The notes under the pieces: model-generated
The model's database searches: none
The model's input: the letters and a program-made list of their open reading frames with translations, nothing else
Told to the model about the DNA's origin: nothing
Position numbers and translations under genes: made by a program
In this document: positions 39,151-49,790 of the stretch, piece after piece
How positions within the stretch are numbered: the first letter of the stretch is position 1
How the letters are laid out: the number at the start of each line of letters is the position of its first letter
DNA from: a virus
Reading direction: 5' to 3' (one strand)
DNA: 64,000 nt
Virus record (IMG/VR): IMGVR_UViG_3300049846_001316
Location: 1 to 64,000 of that record

Positions 39151-41661
39151 ATGGCCACCGACTTCGATGCCCCCATCGACTTCGACGCCGCTGTCGACTT
39201 CGATGGTGGCGGCGGGTCCACCCCCGGCGGTCCCTCCGAGCTGACCCCTGCGCAGTTCCGGGCAGCAGCAGCGGAGGCGATCAACGCTGCGGTCACCACG
39301 GTCCTGTTCCGAGTCGACATCTACGAGCGTGACGCCACGACGATCTGGATGCGGGACGCGCCCCTCATCGGCGGCAACATCAACATCTCGAACAGCCGGG
39401 ACGAGCGCCGCACTCTCGACCTCAAGCTCGACAACTACGACGGGCGCCTCAAGCACTACCCCGGAGGCTTCTGGTACGACAAGGTGATCAAGCCCTACCG
39501 CGGCGTCCGCACGCCCGTGGGCGACTACCTGTTGCAGCAGGGCGAGTTCATCCTCGACTCGATCAGCCGCGACGACTTCCCGAACCACGTCACGCTTGCC
39601 GGCCGGGACTACACCGCGCACCTTCTGTCGAGTCAGTTCGAGCGGCCAGTGTCGTTCGCGCAGGGCCAGTCGCTCGACCAGATCGTCCGGGCCATCGCTC
39701 TCAATGCGGGCATCCGCAAGCTCAACATCCCGCCGACGAACGTGCTCGCCTACAAGGTGTTCTTCTTCGACGCCGGGACGACGCGGTGGGAGGCCATCAA
39801 GCAGATCACCGAGCCCCACGGGTATCAGGTGTTCTTCGACCGCTACGGGTACCTGACGATGGCTCCGTTCCCGGACCCGGCCACGGGTGCCGAGGAGTGG
39901 ACGTTCCGCGGCTACGCGTCCGCCAGCGGCGACCCAAACCTCGCGAGCTACTCCAAGGCGGTGTCCACCGCACGCCTGCGCAACCACCTGATCGTGAAGG
40001 GCGACTCCTCGACGAACGGCAACGTGTTCATCGAGCTCAAGGTCCCGGAGTCGAGCCCTATCGCCATCAGCAAGATCGGTGACCGCATCGAGGTCTACCA
40101 GTCCGGCTTTTTCAAGGACAACGCCGAGGCGCTCGCGTTCGGCAACAAGTACCTGCCGACGCTCGCCATGGAGGACTACGAGATCCAGACCGAGAGCCCG
40201 GTGATCCCGTGGCTCGACGCCAACGTGATCGTGCGCTTCGAGGACCCGGACCCGGACCCGATCGACCCGGCTCGGTTCTTGCTCACCGACATCGACATCC
40301 CCATGGAGCTCGGAGTCATGCGCGCCACGTCGAAGCGCATCACTCTGATCAAGGACTACCGGGACAACACCAACGTCGGCACCCGGATCGCTGTCCCGAA
40401 CCTCAGTGGCAAGACTCTGACTGAGGCCAACGCGGCGCTGCTCGCCTCGGGCCTGCGCTCGACTGTCTCGTACGTGGTGAGCACCGCGGCGAACGTGGGC
40501 AAGGTGCTGGGGCAGAACCCCGGTCCGGGCGAGCTGGTCATGCGGGACTCGTCGGTGTCGCTGACGGTCGGCAAGACCGGCACGGCCGCACAGGTGAAGC
40601 TCGGGGAGTACGCCGGCGCGAGCTACTGGCCGTCCGACGCGAACATCTCGCAGAACAAGGCGCTCGGGGCGAAGTGGTGCCGGTTCGGTCCCGAGTGGCA
40701 GTGGTACGACACGGACGGCAACTTCGACGACACTGAGATCCGGGACGGTCTGGCTCGCCTGCACGCTGCCGGCCAGCGGGCGATCATCGTCGCGTTCGGA
40801 CTTCCCGACTACGTGCACCCCGGAGCAAGCTCACTCCCGCACCCAAACCACGTGCTCCCGGCCACCGACGCCGAGTGCCTCCTCTACGTCGGATGGCTCG
40901 TCAAGGTCGCAAAGTTGATGGACCCGGCAAAAGATATTCTCGAAATCTGGAATGAGCCCAACATTCAAGATTTCAACAACATCTCGGGCACCGACATCAA
41001 CGACATTCTCAACGCGGCGAAGTATTGGGGACGTTCGGTCGCGTGGGCAGCCCAGGCGATTGCCGGCGAGGTTCCCGGACTCCGAGTCATCGCGGGCTCC
41101 GTTGCGTCTCGATCGAACTACTACGACACCGGTGGCGAATACGAGTGGTCGATGCCCCGGTTCATGCGGCACGCGGTCGAGCAGAACCCGGAGCTGATCA
41201 CCCTCGCGAACTCCGGCGCTCTGTGGGGCTTCGGATCTCACCCGTACTGCCGTGACGCCTCCACCAACAATGGCGACCCGCGTGCAGAAGTCGGATGGAA
41301 CGGGCACGTGCAGAACCAGGAGACGTGGAGCTACCTCAAGTCGGTCGGCGTGGTGAACCCTCGCATGATCGCGACCGAGTGGGGTGAGGCGTCGTACAAC
41401 CTCGGTGACGGGGCGTGGTCGGAGGCGTGGCAGCAGTCCCACTTCCTGCTCGAGAAGGACGTCATGGGCTTCCGTCGGGCGCTCGGGCACTACCACTACC
41501 CGTTCATGACGTTCAACAACCAGGACTGGAAGTCCTACGCCGAGAACGGCTTCATGGACGCCTACATGGGCATGTACAAGCTCGACGGGAGTGCCAAGCC
41601 GAAGAAGAACGACTACGTTGCGTGGCTCGCTACCAACGTCGATCAGGTGGACTACCTGTGA
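39151..41661 (+). CDS. Tail hub protein fused to a PASTA domain and clan GH-A glycoside hydrolase
   Basis: Hub-like N-terminus (RWEAIKQI, VFFDRYGYL); PASTA VPNLSGKTLTEANAALLASGL...GKVLGQNPGPG...VSLTVG; GH WNEPN, HPY, ATEWG, DGSAKP. Confidence 0.8.
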   Translation: MATDFDAPIDFDAAVDFDGGGGSTPGGPSELTPAQFRAAAAEAINAAVTTVLFRVDIYERDATTIWMRDAPLIGGNINISNSRDERRTLDLKLDNYDGRLKHYPGGFWYDKVIKPYRGVRTPVGDYLLQQGEFILDSISRDDFPNHVTLAGRDYTAHLLSSQFERPVSFAQGQSLDQIVRAIALNAGIRKLNIPPTNVLAYKVFFFDAGTTRWEAIKQITEPHGYQVFFDRYGYLTMAPFPDPATGAEEWTFRGYASASGDPNLASYSKAVSTARLRNHLIVKGDSSTNGNVFIELKVPESSPIAISKIGDRIEVYQSGFFKDNAEALAFGNKYLPTLAMEDYEIQTESPVIPWLDANVIVRFEDPDPDPIDPARFLLTDIDIPMELGVMRATSKRITLIKDYRDNTNVGTRIAVPNLSGKTLTEANAALLASGLRSTVSYVVSTAANVGKVLGQNPGPGELVMRDSSVSLTVGKTGTAAQVKLGEYAGASYWPSDANISQNKALGAKWCRFGPEWQWYDTDGNFDDTEIRDGLARLHAAGQRAIIVAFGLPDYVHPGASSLPHPNHVLPATDAECLLYVGWLVKVAKLMDPAKDILEIWNEPNIQDFNNISGTDINDILNAAKYWGRSVAWAAQAIAGEVPGLRVIAGSVASRSNYYDTGGEYEWSMPRFMRHAVEQNPELITLANSGALWGFGSHPYCRDASTNNGDPRAEVGWNGHVQNQETWSYLKSVGVVNPRMIATEWGEASYNLGDGAWSEAWQQSHFLLEKDVMGFRRALGHYHYPFMTFNNQDWKSYAENGFMDAYMGMYKLDGSAKPKKNDYVAWLATNVDQVDYL

Positions 41662-43463
41662 GCGGAACGAAGACGTGGACTGACCCCGCAATCGCGGCAC
41701 GACTCCGTGATGTGGTCAAGCGGATCGCCAGAGAGGAAGTCCGGGCGCTGGTGCCTCGGCCGGTCCACGGGCAGATCAGCGCGATCGACCTCATCAACGA
41801 GGTGGCGGTGGTCGACCTCGCGGACGGCTCGCAGATCGAGGTGGGTGTCCCCGCAGACACGACTCTGACGGTCGGTGTGACCGTTCGGGTGTCCGGAACC
41901 CCCGGTGACCGCTACATCGAGGGCGCGGGCTTCGTGGGCTCTTACACGGGGCCTCCGGGCAACCCTCACGGCTCAGGGTGGGACCCGACCGAAGTGGTGC
42001 CGCATTCGATGCGGTTCCGGATCGCGACCACCAACCTGCTGGGACCGTCGACCGCCGACGAGCTGGCCGTCGCGCACTTGATCTTGAACGGCACCGAGGA
42101 TGCTGCCTTCATCAACTACGTCCTCGCACTCGGGATGTTCGACAACCCGATCGACACCATCTGGCTCGACATGGGCTCCGGCTTCTACCGCTTCAAGTCG
42201 CCCATCGACATCCCCGGTGGCGGCGCGCTGATCGTGAAGGCTGCGATGCCCACCCACCAGTTCGAGGGCTCCGGCCACACGACTCTGTGGGTGGGTCAGG
42301 GCTTCCCGGACGGTGAACCGATCTTCCGTACGGACGGACCGAGCACGAACCTGAACGTCGATGGCGTCAACATCACCGTCGAGCCCGGTTCCCCCCTGCT
42401 CGACGCCAAGGAGTACGAGCTCACCAACTGCAACCTCGTGACACTCGACGACGTGAGCGCGGGGCAGGGCGGGGTGTGCAAGCGCATCTGGAAGCCGGAC
42501 TACACCACGGGTCAGTCCATCTTCATCGCTCGACGGAGCTTCCTGCGAGGCGACTCCACACTGGCGCTGATCCGAGCCGGGTACGGGACCGACGCCACCG
42601 CTTCGATGGCGGACAAGGTGCTGGTGCAGGACTCCACCGTCGCCAACGAAAGCGGACCGGCCGTCCGTATCGCCTGCGAGAACTTCGACATCAGCCGAAG
42701 CGTCGTCAAGTCGGTCGGTGCCGCTGCCGTTGACATCGACATCCCTGCCTCCAGTTCGGCTCCGTCCTCGTACGTGCGGGGACTCAGCCGCAACCTGATC
42801 GAGACACACCCGACCACGGAGGGGTCGATCACGCCGACCGCAGCTCCGTTCGTGGTGCTCAACAACGCTCGCGGTGTTCTCGTGAAGGACAACCTCGGCG
42901 TCTTCGTCAACTACGACTCCGGGACCGCGGCGCACTACCCCACGGACGGCAACCTCGTCGTCTTGTCCGGGCACAGCGTCGGCAATGACTTCACCGGGAA
43001 CTCGTGGACGAGCCTCTCCGGCGACGACTGGTCGACCTCCGGCAACGGCACCTACGCCCCCGGCAAGATCAGCGTTGGCCCCGCGTGCTCCGGGAACCGG
43101 TTCAGCGACTCTCACCAACTGCTCATCGACGAGGGGCAGAACAACGAGTACCCGATCGAATCGTACGTGTTCTCGAAGTCCGGGACGTTCGATCCTGGTC
43201 CCACCGGTCGCTTCCTCATCCGCAAGCGCGGGTACTTGTACGAAGCGGTCGGCACACTCACCGAAGCCGGAACCGCCGACACGCAGATCGACGTGATCCA
43301 CGAGAACTTCACCATCGGGACGCTGATCATTCCCGCCGGCGACCTCGAGGCAGTTCTTGCACTCGATCTCACGCAGGTCAACGTGGGTGACAGTCTCTAC
43401 ATCGACGTCGTGTCCGTCAACACGGGTGACCGCGACCTCGTGGTCGGAGTACGCTCCCGCTGA
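41658..43463 (+). CDS. Tail spike with probable beta-helix domain
   Basis: GTGA-coupled; OB-fold-like N-terminus; GSGFYRFKSPIDIP...FEGSG spike entry motif; Asn-rich repeats. Confidence 0.65.
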   Translation: MSGTKTWTDPAIAARLRDVVKRIAREEVRALVPRPVHGQISAIDLINEVAVVDLADGSQIEVGVPADTTLTVGVTVRVSGTPGDRYIEGAGFVGSYTGPPGNPHGSGWDPTEVVPHSMRFRIATTNLLGPSTADELAVAHLILNGTEDAAFINYVLALGMFDNPIDTIWLDMGSGFYRFKSPIDIPGGGALIVKAAMPTHQFEGSGHTTLWVGQGFPDGEPIFRTDGPSTNLNVDGVNITVEPGSPLLDAKEYELTNCNLVTLDDVSAGQGGVCKRIWKPDYTTGQSIFIARRSFLRGDSTLALIRAGYGTDATASMADKVLVQDSTVANESGPAVRIACENFDISRSVVKSVGAAAVDIDIPASSSAPSSYVRGLSRNLIETHPTTEGSITPTAAPFVVLNNARGVLVKDNLGVFVNYDSGTAAHYPTDGNLVVLSGHSVGNDFTGNSWTSLSGDDWSTSGNGTYAPGKISVGPACSGNRFSDSHQLLIDEGQNNEYPIESYVFSKSGTFDPGPTGRFLIRKRGYLYEAVGTLTEAGTADTQIDVIHENFTIGTLIIPAGDLEAVLALDLTQVNVGDSLYIDVVSVNTGDRDLVVGVRSR

Positions 43464-46400
43464 TGGGCGAGATCTTCGTAGTCCCCACGTCGATCAACGA
43501 CCCGACTGACCCGACCGGCCTCGGCATGGTCGCAGGCAACGGCGGATGGATCTTCGGTGGCGAGCCGAAGTACTTCCCCGGCCACGCGAACTACGTGGTG
43601 TCGGAAGTGCCGCTGCCCGACGACACCGCCAACAACACCCGAGTCGGCTCGTACACCACGAAGCCGGTGGGTGGCTCGGCGCTCACGTGGACGTTCAACT
43701 ACGGAGTCCTGAACCTTCCCTCGAGCGCGCCGCCGACTCTGCTCACGCCGACCATCGTGGTCACCTGGGACTTCGGCGACGGCAGCCCCCCCGAGACGGG
43801 CCTCTCGGTCACGCACACGTTTCCGGAGGACAACTACTACATCGTCACGATGTACGTGGAGCACGTCGGCAAGGCGGACTCCAACCCGCGCCTCGCGTCG
43901 AAGCCGACCCACATGATCTTCAAGTCGGCTATCACCTACGCCATCACCGCGGACACCGGCATCACTGTGCTCGATCAGTCGTTCACGAAGATGGTGCTCC
44001 CGAACATCTCGGACGCATTCCTCTGGTGGTTCTGTTACGGCTGGGACCCGGCGAACCCGCTCGTCCAGCACAACATCGACGGCTTCATCAGCTCGCGCTC
44101 GGGGGTGAGCCCGTCCGACCGGAACACGGTTCGACTCCGAGGGCCGGGGTACTTCTACGCATTCGAGTACGCCCTCCGGTGGGGGTTGGCGGGTCCGTAC
44201 GCGTTCACCGACGAGTACGGAAACACGATCTCCGGCATGACCGTCACGAACGGCACCACCGTGGCACCCGACTGGGTGGAACCGTTCTGCGTGAAGAACC
44301 TTGACTTCGATTTCTACGGGTCGATGGTGGTGCAACAGGACAGCCGGATCAAAGGCGCTCCCCGCATCCCTCTGCGCGGCCAGTTCACCCGGTTCGGGAA
44401 TCTGATCGACCAGATCGACCTCAAGACTCGTACAGGTGATGCGGCGATCCTTCTTCCTGCCTGGGTGGATCGAAAGCTCTCGGCCACCATCGCGGACCGG
44501 CCGATCATCGGCAGCACCGGCACACCGATCAAGGGCGACTTCACCAAGGGCGACCGCATCGTTCGGAACGTCGACACGCCGCTGCGCGCAGGCTGGGTGA
44601 ACACCCTCATCGCCGTCGCTTCGGCGTTCGGACTTCCGGACGGCACCTACGTCTCCGAGATCGGACCCAACGTCGGCCTCGGACTCGGCTCGAGCGACAT
44701 CCGCCTGAGTCAGGCATACCAGGGTGTCACGACGACTCAGTTGACGGCGATGATCGCTCGACTCCCGTACCAGGACGATCTCACCAAGCGCAACAACACC
44801 GTTCTGATCCACAACAACTTCACGACGCCGGAGTCTTACGCCCGCAACAACATCACGCTGGTCAGCACTCCGGGCAGCAACGTCCTCACCAACGTGAGTG
44901 AGCCGGTCCACGACGGCTGGCTTGAGCTCGACATCGCCGGCGGCGGACTTGGTGGTCTGAGCACCACGACGACACTCGCCTGCTCGGACGTGCAGACTTC
45001 GCTCCCCTCGACCATCACGGCGGCGGGCGGTGACTTCAGCAACGCCGGCATCCCGAGTGCCGGCCGCATCAAGATCGCGACGACCTACCTCGATCAGAAC
45101 GGCAACACGCAGAAGTCGTTCGCCATCATCGCCTACACCGGCAAGTCGACCTCACCGAAGCAGTTCACCGGCTGCACGCTCGTGTGGGGGCGGGGTGCGT
45201 TCGTCTCCGGCGCGGCGCTCGACTTCATCGTGCACATCCTCGAGATCGACGCATCGAACCCGGCGAACCAGAAGCTCACGGTCAGCAGCCTCCCGGTGGC
45301 GACGACGACCGCGAGTCGCAACGCCACGATCCCGTGGACCGCGTTCGCCACCGATCAGCTCCTGATCGAGCGGCCGATCAACGGACTCGACCCGATCACC
45401 ACCAAGACGTTCGTCATGGGCGGCTCTCGCATCACCGACGTGGACGCAGCGACCCGGCTCGCTACCGTCGCCCCCGACGACGACTACATGACCGTCTCCG
45501 GAACGTGGCAGTTGGCGGTCGGCACGTCGACGTGGATCACCGACATCTCAGTTCCGGTGGACTCGAACTGGCTCGGCAAGACCGTGACCAACCCCAACGG
45601 TGGAGTCACGGCGAACACCGTCGTGCTTGAGGTCGACACGGTGCTGAACCGCATCCGAGTCCAGAAGCAGCCGAACACGAACGTGGTCGTCAAGAACTTC
45701 CGCATCGGATTTTCGTACGGCTCGTTCCTCAGTGCGGTCACCCGGTGGGGCGGCGCGACCAGCCCTGCGATTCGAGAGCGGTTCCAACTGCCGGGCACCG
45801 CGGTGATCTCTTCCGCAACGGTCGGAGCGGTCAGCGACGCTACCAAGCAGATCACATTGAAGTCGCCCAAGGTGGCTGCGCTCACGTCACCGTTCCGGTA
45901 CGCGGGCTTCACCATGCAGGTCACCGCAGGCTCCCGCAAAGTGAAAGTGCTGTCGCTGGCGGACAGCCGGCCCCAGGGCGCCATGACCTCGAAGTGGATT
46001 GGACTTCGACTTGAATGCATCACAGCAGGGCTGATCCCCGCCTCCCCAACTGACACCCGCGTAGTGGCGGTGGGTCCCGATGTCGGGCTCGGGCTCGCCA
46101 CGGACGAGTTTCTGATCGACAATGACCCCCTAGCGGCCGGGACCTCGCAGGGGTACGTACGTGTCGACTTGAAGCAAGCGGTCGACGTGATCCTCGACGC
46201 GGCCTTCGTGCAGAAGGTCGGCGGCGTGCAGTTGCTCACGTTGTCCTCGCCGGGAACCGCACCGCCCGCGCTCGGGTACGACCCGTCCACCGGGCGCTAC
46301 GACTACGACTACGCGGGCAAGAAGCTGCTCGGAATGAAGGCCACGGCGAACATCGCTTCGGGCGACCCGACCGTCCGCAAGACCCTCACCACGTGGCGCA

Positions 46401-48802
46401 CCCGCATCGGGGCCAACGTCAACGCCACCTTCCCCATCAGCGCATCATGGGCGGGCAAGTACATCACCGACCCGGCCGGGAAGCTCGCCCCCCTCACCAA
46501 GATTGTCTCGGTCAACGTGAGCGCCGGAACGGTGCTGCTCGACCGCGAGCCGCTCGTCAGCGGCGTCATTGGATCGTTGAGCATCTTCGGGCAGCCGGGG
46601 ACCCTCACCACCGAATACTGCGACTTCTACGACAGCCTCAGTGGGATCGCCGGTCCGAACCCGGACGCTGGTGGCCTCATGGGTGACAACATCAACTTCA
46701 CCGACGCCACCTACCTCGACTGGGACTCCTGGCACGGCGTCGACTTCGGAGCCTGCAAGAACATCACGCTTCGGAACATGTCGCTCTGGTACCTGTGGGG
46801 AGACTTCTTCTTCTTCAAGCCGTACGACCCCTACGGTCAGTCGCAGCACCAGAGCATGAAGGGTTCGCAGGCGCAGCCGGACACCATCAACATCCATCAG
46901 GTGTACGGCCGCGGGTGCGGCCGTCACGCGTTTACGTGGCAGGCCGGAGTCCGCCTCGACGTGGACAGCGGCGACTACTCCGGCATCGCGCACTGGTTCA
47001 TCGACAACGAGCCACTCCAGAACGCTCGGATGCTCAAGTGCCGCTGGGCGAACTGCGCGGCCGGTGGTTCCGGGAGCCCGTACCACTACCTCTCGAAGGG
47101 TCCCGGCTCGGTCGTCAACGGCGACGTGCCCCGGCTCATCACTGGAGTCCAGATCACGCAGGGTTCGCCCATCGCCAAGATCGTCACCGGCGAAGGAACC
47201 GGTTGGGAGAAGGATCTCAACGGCACGTTCATCTACGGCAACTGGTTCGACGGTTCGTACCAGGGCTGCCAGCTCTCGCTTCCGAGCGACACCGGACTCG
47301 CCAACTGGACGTACCTGTTGCAGTGGCGCAACTTCGATGAGATCGAGATGTCGCAGAACGCTGACTGGGGGGCCGCACCGGGGACCACCAAGACCGTCTC
47401 CATGCTCATGAAGGGCACCGGTCAGATCCACGATCTGATGTTCGAGTACAACCGGCTCACCCAGGGTCAGTTCATCATCGACATCGACTCGCAGACGACC
47501 AAGCCGACGCAGACTTCATTCTCGAGGATCAACTTCCGGGTCACCGCGACCGCCGGCACTCCGTACGTGCAGATCACGAGCATGGACGCACGAGCGGACG
47601 GCACGAGCTACGAGCCTGATTCGACTTGGATCAATCAGGTGTTCCGTCCCTCGGTCGCCAACTACTTCCCGTCGCAGCCTGCTCCGAAGATCCTGGAGAT
47701 CGGTCCGAGCCTCACGGACCCGAACCTGCCGACCAAGTTCCACATGAAGCTCGACCGCAACACGCTCAAGAGTGTGACCGGGATGTTGTGCTCGATCGCC
47801 CCGCTGTTGGAGTGGCACCGCGGGTTCACGTTCCAGTACAACTGCCAAAGTGCGACGGGCTCCTACGACGGCGACACCGGAGCTCCCGGCCTGCCGCTGC
47901 TGCGCCTCGGGCGGGGGTGGACTGATGTACTTGTACGTGGGAACATCATCCCGTTCGTCGAGCGCACCGACCCGGCGACTCGGAGCTACCTGCTCGGCTG
48001 GCTGAACAACTCTCGTCAGGCACGGATGTTCACCCGCGACGGCGCGCCGCCCAACCTGCCGGCCGGAACTTCGTGGCAGGAGTACGACAACTACCTGCCG
48101 GGCGCGGCCGACAACGACCTCACGCCGAGCGGCACGATCACCGCCGCAATCACGTTCGATCAGAACCCGCACTCGAACCTGACTCCGGTCACCTACACCG
48201 TGACGCTCACCAGCTCCACCGGCGACCCGGTGGACGGGTATGTCTCGATCCTCGAAACGACGAACGCCTCGGACACCACACCGCCCGTGCTCAACAACGC
48301 TGGACAGGTCAAGTTGGTCGGCGGCGTGGCGACGTTCACGACGGCCGCACCGAAGCCTGACGGCACGTACTACGTCAGAGTCCGCTACAACGGCGGCTGC
48401 TCCCCGCAGGATCAGCGGTACCAGTCGCCCACTGCAACGACCCTCACCGTGGGCACGGTGGCGACCAAAGAGGACACGATCACGACGGCGACGGCGAGCC
48501 CCAACCCGCCGATCGACGGCCAGCCCGCGAGCGTCGGCGCGACGGTCACCGGGATCACGAGTCAGCCCACGGGTACCGTGCGCCTGAGCGGAACCGCGGT
48601 CGGGACTCCGGTCGACCTTGTGCTCGTCGGCGGACAGGTGTCACTCAACCGGACCTTCGACCCAGGCACATACACACTGCTCGCGGAGTACCTGGGGGAC
48701 AATCTCCACAACCCGAGCTCGAGCACCATCACGTTCACCGTGGAGGAAGTGATCGTCGTGCAGAACGGCGAGGAGTGGACTGCCGGCAGGGTCGGGTCTT
48801 GA
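43463..48802 (+). CDS. Large tail fibre/spike (PKD, repeated beta domains, beta-helix segment, C-terminal Ig-like domains)
   Basis: TWDFGDGS PKD motif; GCGRHAF...IDNEP beta-helix; TTATASPNP...PTGTV...AEYLGD.LHNPSSS Ig-like; 1779 aa. Confidence 0.75.
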   Translation: MGEIFVVPTSINDPTDPTGLGMVAGNGGWIFGGEPKYFPGHANYVVSEVPLPDDTANNTRVGSYTTKPVGGSALTWTFNYGVLNLPSSAPPTLLTPTIVVTWDFGDGSPPETGLSVTHTFPEDNYYIVTMYVEHVGKADSNPRLASKPTHMIFKSAITYAITADTGITVLDQSFTKMVLPNISDAFLWWFCYGWDPANPLVQHNIDGFISSRSGVSPSDRNTVRLRGPGYFYAFEYALRWGLAGPYAFTDEYGNTISGMTVTNGTTVAPDWVEPFCVKNLDFDFYGSMVVQQDSRIKGAPRIPLRGQFTRFGNLIDQIDLKTRTGDAAILLPAWVDRKLSATIADRPIIGSTGTPIKGDFTKGDRIVRNVDTPLRAGWVNTLIAVASAFGLPDGTYVSEIGPNVGLGLGSSDIRLSQAYQGVTTTQLTAMIARLPYQDDLTKRNNTVLIHNNFTTPESYARNNITLVSTPGSNVLTNVSEPVHDGWLELDIAGGGLGGLSTTTTLACSDVQTSLPSTITAAGGDFSNAGIPSAGRIKIATTYLDQNGNTQKSFAIIAYTGKSTSPKQFTGCTLVWGRGAFVSGAALDFIVHILEIDASNPANQKLTVSSLPVATTTASRNATIPWTAFATDQLLIERPINGLDPITTKTFVMGGSRITDVDAATRLATVAPDDDYMTVSGTWQLAVGTSTWITDISVPVDSNWLGKTVTNPNGGVTANTVVLEVDTVLNRIRVQKQPNTNVVVKNFRIGFSYGSFLSAVTRWGGATSPAIRERFQLPGTAVISSATVGAVSDATKQITLKSPKVAALTSPFRYAGFTMQVTAGSRKVKVLSLADSRPQGAMTSKWIGLRLECITAGLIPASPTDTRVVAVGPDVGLGLATDEFLIDNDPLAAGTSQGYVRVDLKQAVDVILDAAFVQKVGGVQLLTLSSPGTAPPALGYDPSTGRYDYDYAGKKLLGMKATANIASGDPTVRKTLTTWRTRIGANVNATFPISASWAGKYITDPAGKLAPLTKIVSVNVSAGTVLLDREPLVSGVIGSLSIFGQPGTLTTEYCDFYDSLSGIAGPNPDAGGLMGDNINFTDATYLDWDSWHGVDFGACKNITLRNMSLWYLWGDFFFFKPYDPYGQSQHQSMKGSQAQPDTINIHQVYGRGCGRHAFTWQAGVRLDVDSGDYSGIAHWFIDNEPLQNARMLKCRWANCAAGGSGSPYHYLSKGPGSVVNGDVPRLITGVQITQGSPIAKIVTGEGTGWEKDLNGTFIYGNWFDGSYQGCQLSLPSDTGLANWTYLLQWRNFDEIEMSQNADWGAAPGTTKTVSMLMKGTGQIHDLMFEYNRLTQGQFIIDIDSQTTKPTQTSFSRINFRVTATAGTPYVQITSMDARADGTSYEPDSTWINQVFRPSVANYFPSQPAPKILEIGPSLTDPNLPTKFHMKLDRNTLKSVTGMLCSIAPLLEWHRGFTFQYNCQSATGSYDGDTGAPGLPLLRLGRGWTDVLVRGNIIPFVERTDPATRSYLLGWLNNSRQARMFTRDGAPPNLPAGTSWQEYDNYLPGAADNDLTPSGTITAAITFDQNPHSNLTPVTYTVTLTSSTGDPVDGYVSILETTNASDTTPPVLNNAGQVKLVGGVATFTTAAPKPDGTYYVRVRYNGGCSPQDQRYQSPTATTLTVGTVATKEDTITTATASPNPPIDGQPASVGATVTGITSQPTGTVRLSGTAVGTPVDLVLVGGQVSLNRTFDPGTYTLLAEYLGDNLHNPSSSTITFTVEEVIVVQNGEEWTAGRVGS

Positions 48803-48930
48803 TGATCCCTCAGATTGGAGAACACGTAGGTAGGATGTTTCCGTTTCCGGGTACACCCTCACTCGTGACCGAACCCCGAAGGGAAGCGCGCAAAGTGGGC
48901 TGCATCACTGCGGCAATGAAGGACGAGCCG

Positions 48931-49527
48931 ATGCCGAGAGAATCGCACCACTTGGAGCGAGCTCAACGAGCATTGAAGTGGTCGATCGTCTTCGCCGCCG
49001 TGGCCATGCTGTTCCTGCTCGGCGCCTTCGTGCAGCACAACTACTTGGAGCCTGGGCCATGGGACCCGCTCGGTGACTACCCCATGCAAGTGGTGATGAA
49101 CGATCAGCGGGTGATCGACCCCGGCGAGACGGTCTGGATTCGTGCGGTCAAGTGCGTCGACAGCTCGAAGCCGGTTGTGGTCGAGGGCCACTCCCAGTGG
49201 CAGTCAGTCCTCCCTCCCGGCACCATCGTTCCGAACGGCAACGGCACCGCGACTCGCTATCCTGCAGGTGTGCGCGCACCGAAGCTCCACGGCATCAACC
49301 AGCCGCAGCCGGACAAGAACGGCTGCACGACGTACGAGTACGAGAACGTGCTGCCGGACATCGTGTTCGACCGGGCAGCCGAGGTGTGCAAAGCCACTGG
49401 GCACTCGAGCCTGTGGAGGCTCACGGGGGCGGAGACGCCGGTGCGCGATGGCGAAGAAGGTGTGACGCGGGCATGGGAGTCGCAGGCGTTTCGCATCGGA
49501 TGTCTTGGGGACACAGGGGGACAGTGA
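48931..49527 (+). CDS. Membrane-anchored hypothetical protein
   Basis: One N-terminal TM (WSIVFAAVAMLFLLGAFV) then a Cys-containing domain; start uncertain (48916 or 48931). Confidence 0.6.
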   Translation: MPRESHHLERAQRALKWSIVFAAVAMLFLLGAFVQHNYLEPGPWDPLGDYPMQVVMNDQRVIDPGETVWIRAVKCVDSSKPVVVEGHSQWQSVLPPGTIVPNGNGTATRYPAGVRAPKLHGINQPQPDKNGCTTYEYENVLPDIVFDRAAEVCKATGHSSLWRLTGAETPVRDGEEGVTRAWESQAFRIGCLGDTGGQ

Positions 49528-49530
49528 GGC

Positions 49531-49770
49531 GTGCAGCAAATCCCACGCAGTCAGCGGCGGCAGTCGCTGCCGGACGCGCTCCGACTTCAGCTCGCCGAAG
49601 ATGATCTGGACGACATGGAATCCAACATGGAGAAGCTCATCGCTTCGGTCGACCACCAGATCGACGAGTTCCGCGCCGCCGCCGCCAAGAACACCGCGGT
49701 GCTCGTCGGCATCCTCGTGTCCGTAGCGACGGCGGCGATCCTGCTGGCCATCAACCTCGTCACGCAGTAG
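49531..49770 (+). CDS. Small coiled-coil membrane protein (possible lysis accessory)
   Basis: GAGG RBS; coiled coil followed by a C-terminal TM helix. Confidence 0.6.
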   Translation: MQQIPRSQRRQSLPDALRLQLAEDDLDDMESNMEKLIASVDHQIDEFRAAAAKNTAVLVGILVSVATAAILLAINLVTQ

Positions 49771-49790
49771 ACCTCGTTCTCTGAGGCCCC

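Noticed and set aside
48860-48915. c-di-GMP-I riboswitch-like words (GAAG...CGCAAAG)
   Set aside because: The conserved GGCAAAC/GNRA-receptor stems cannot be built from the sequence.
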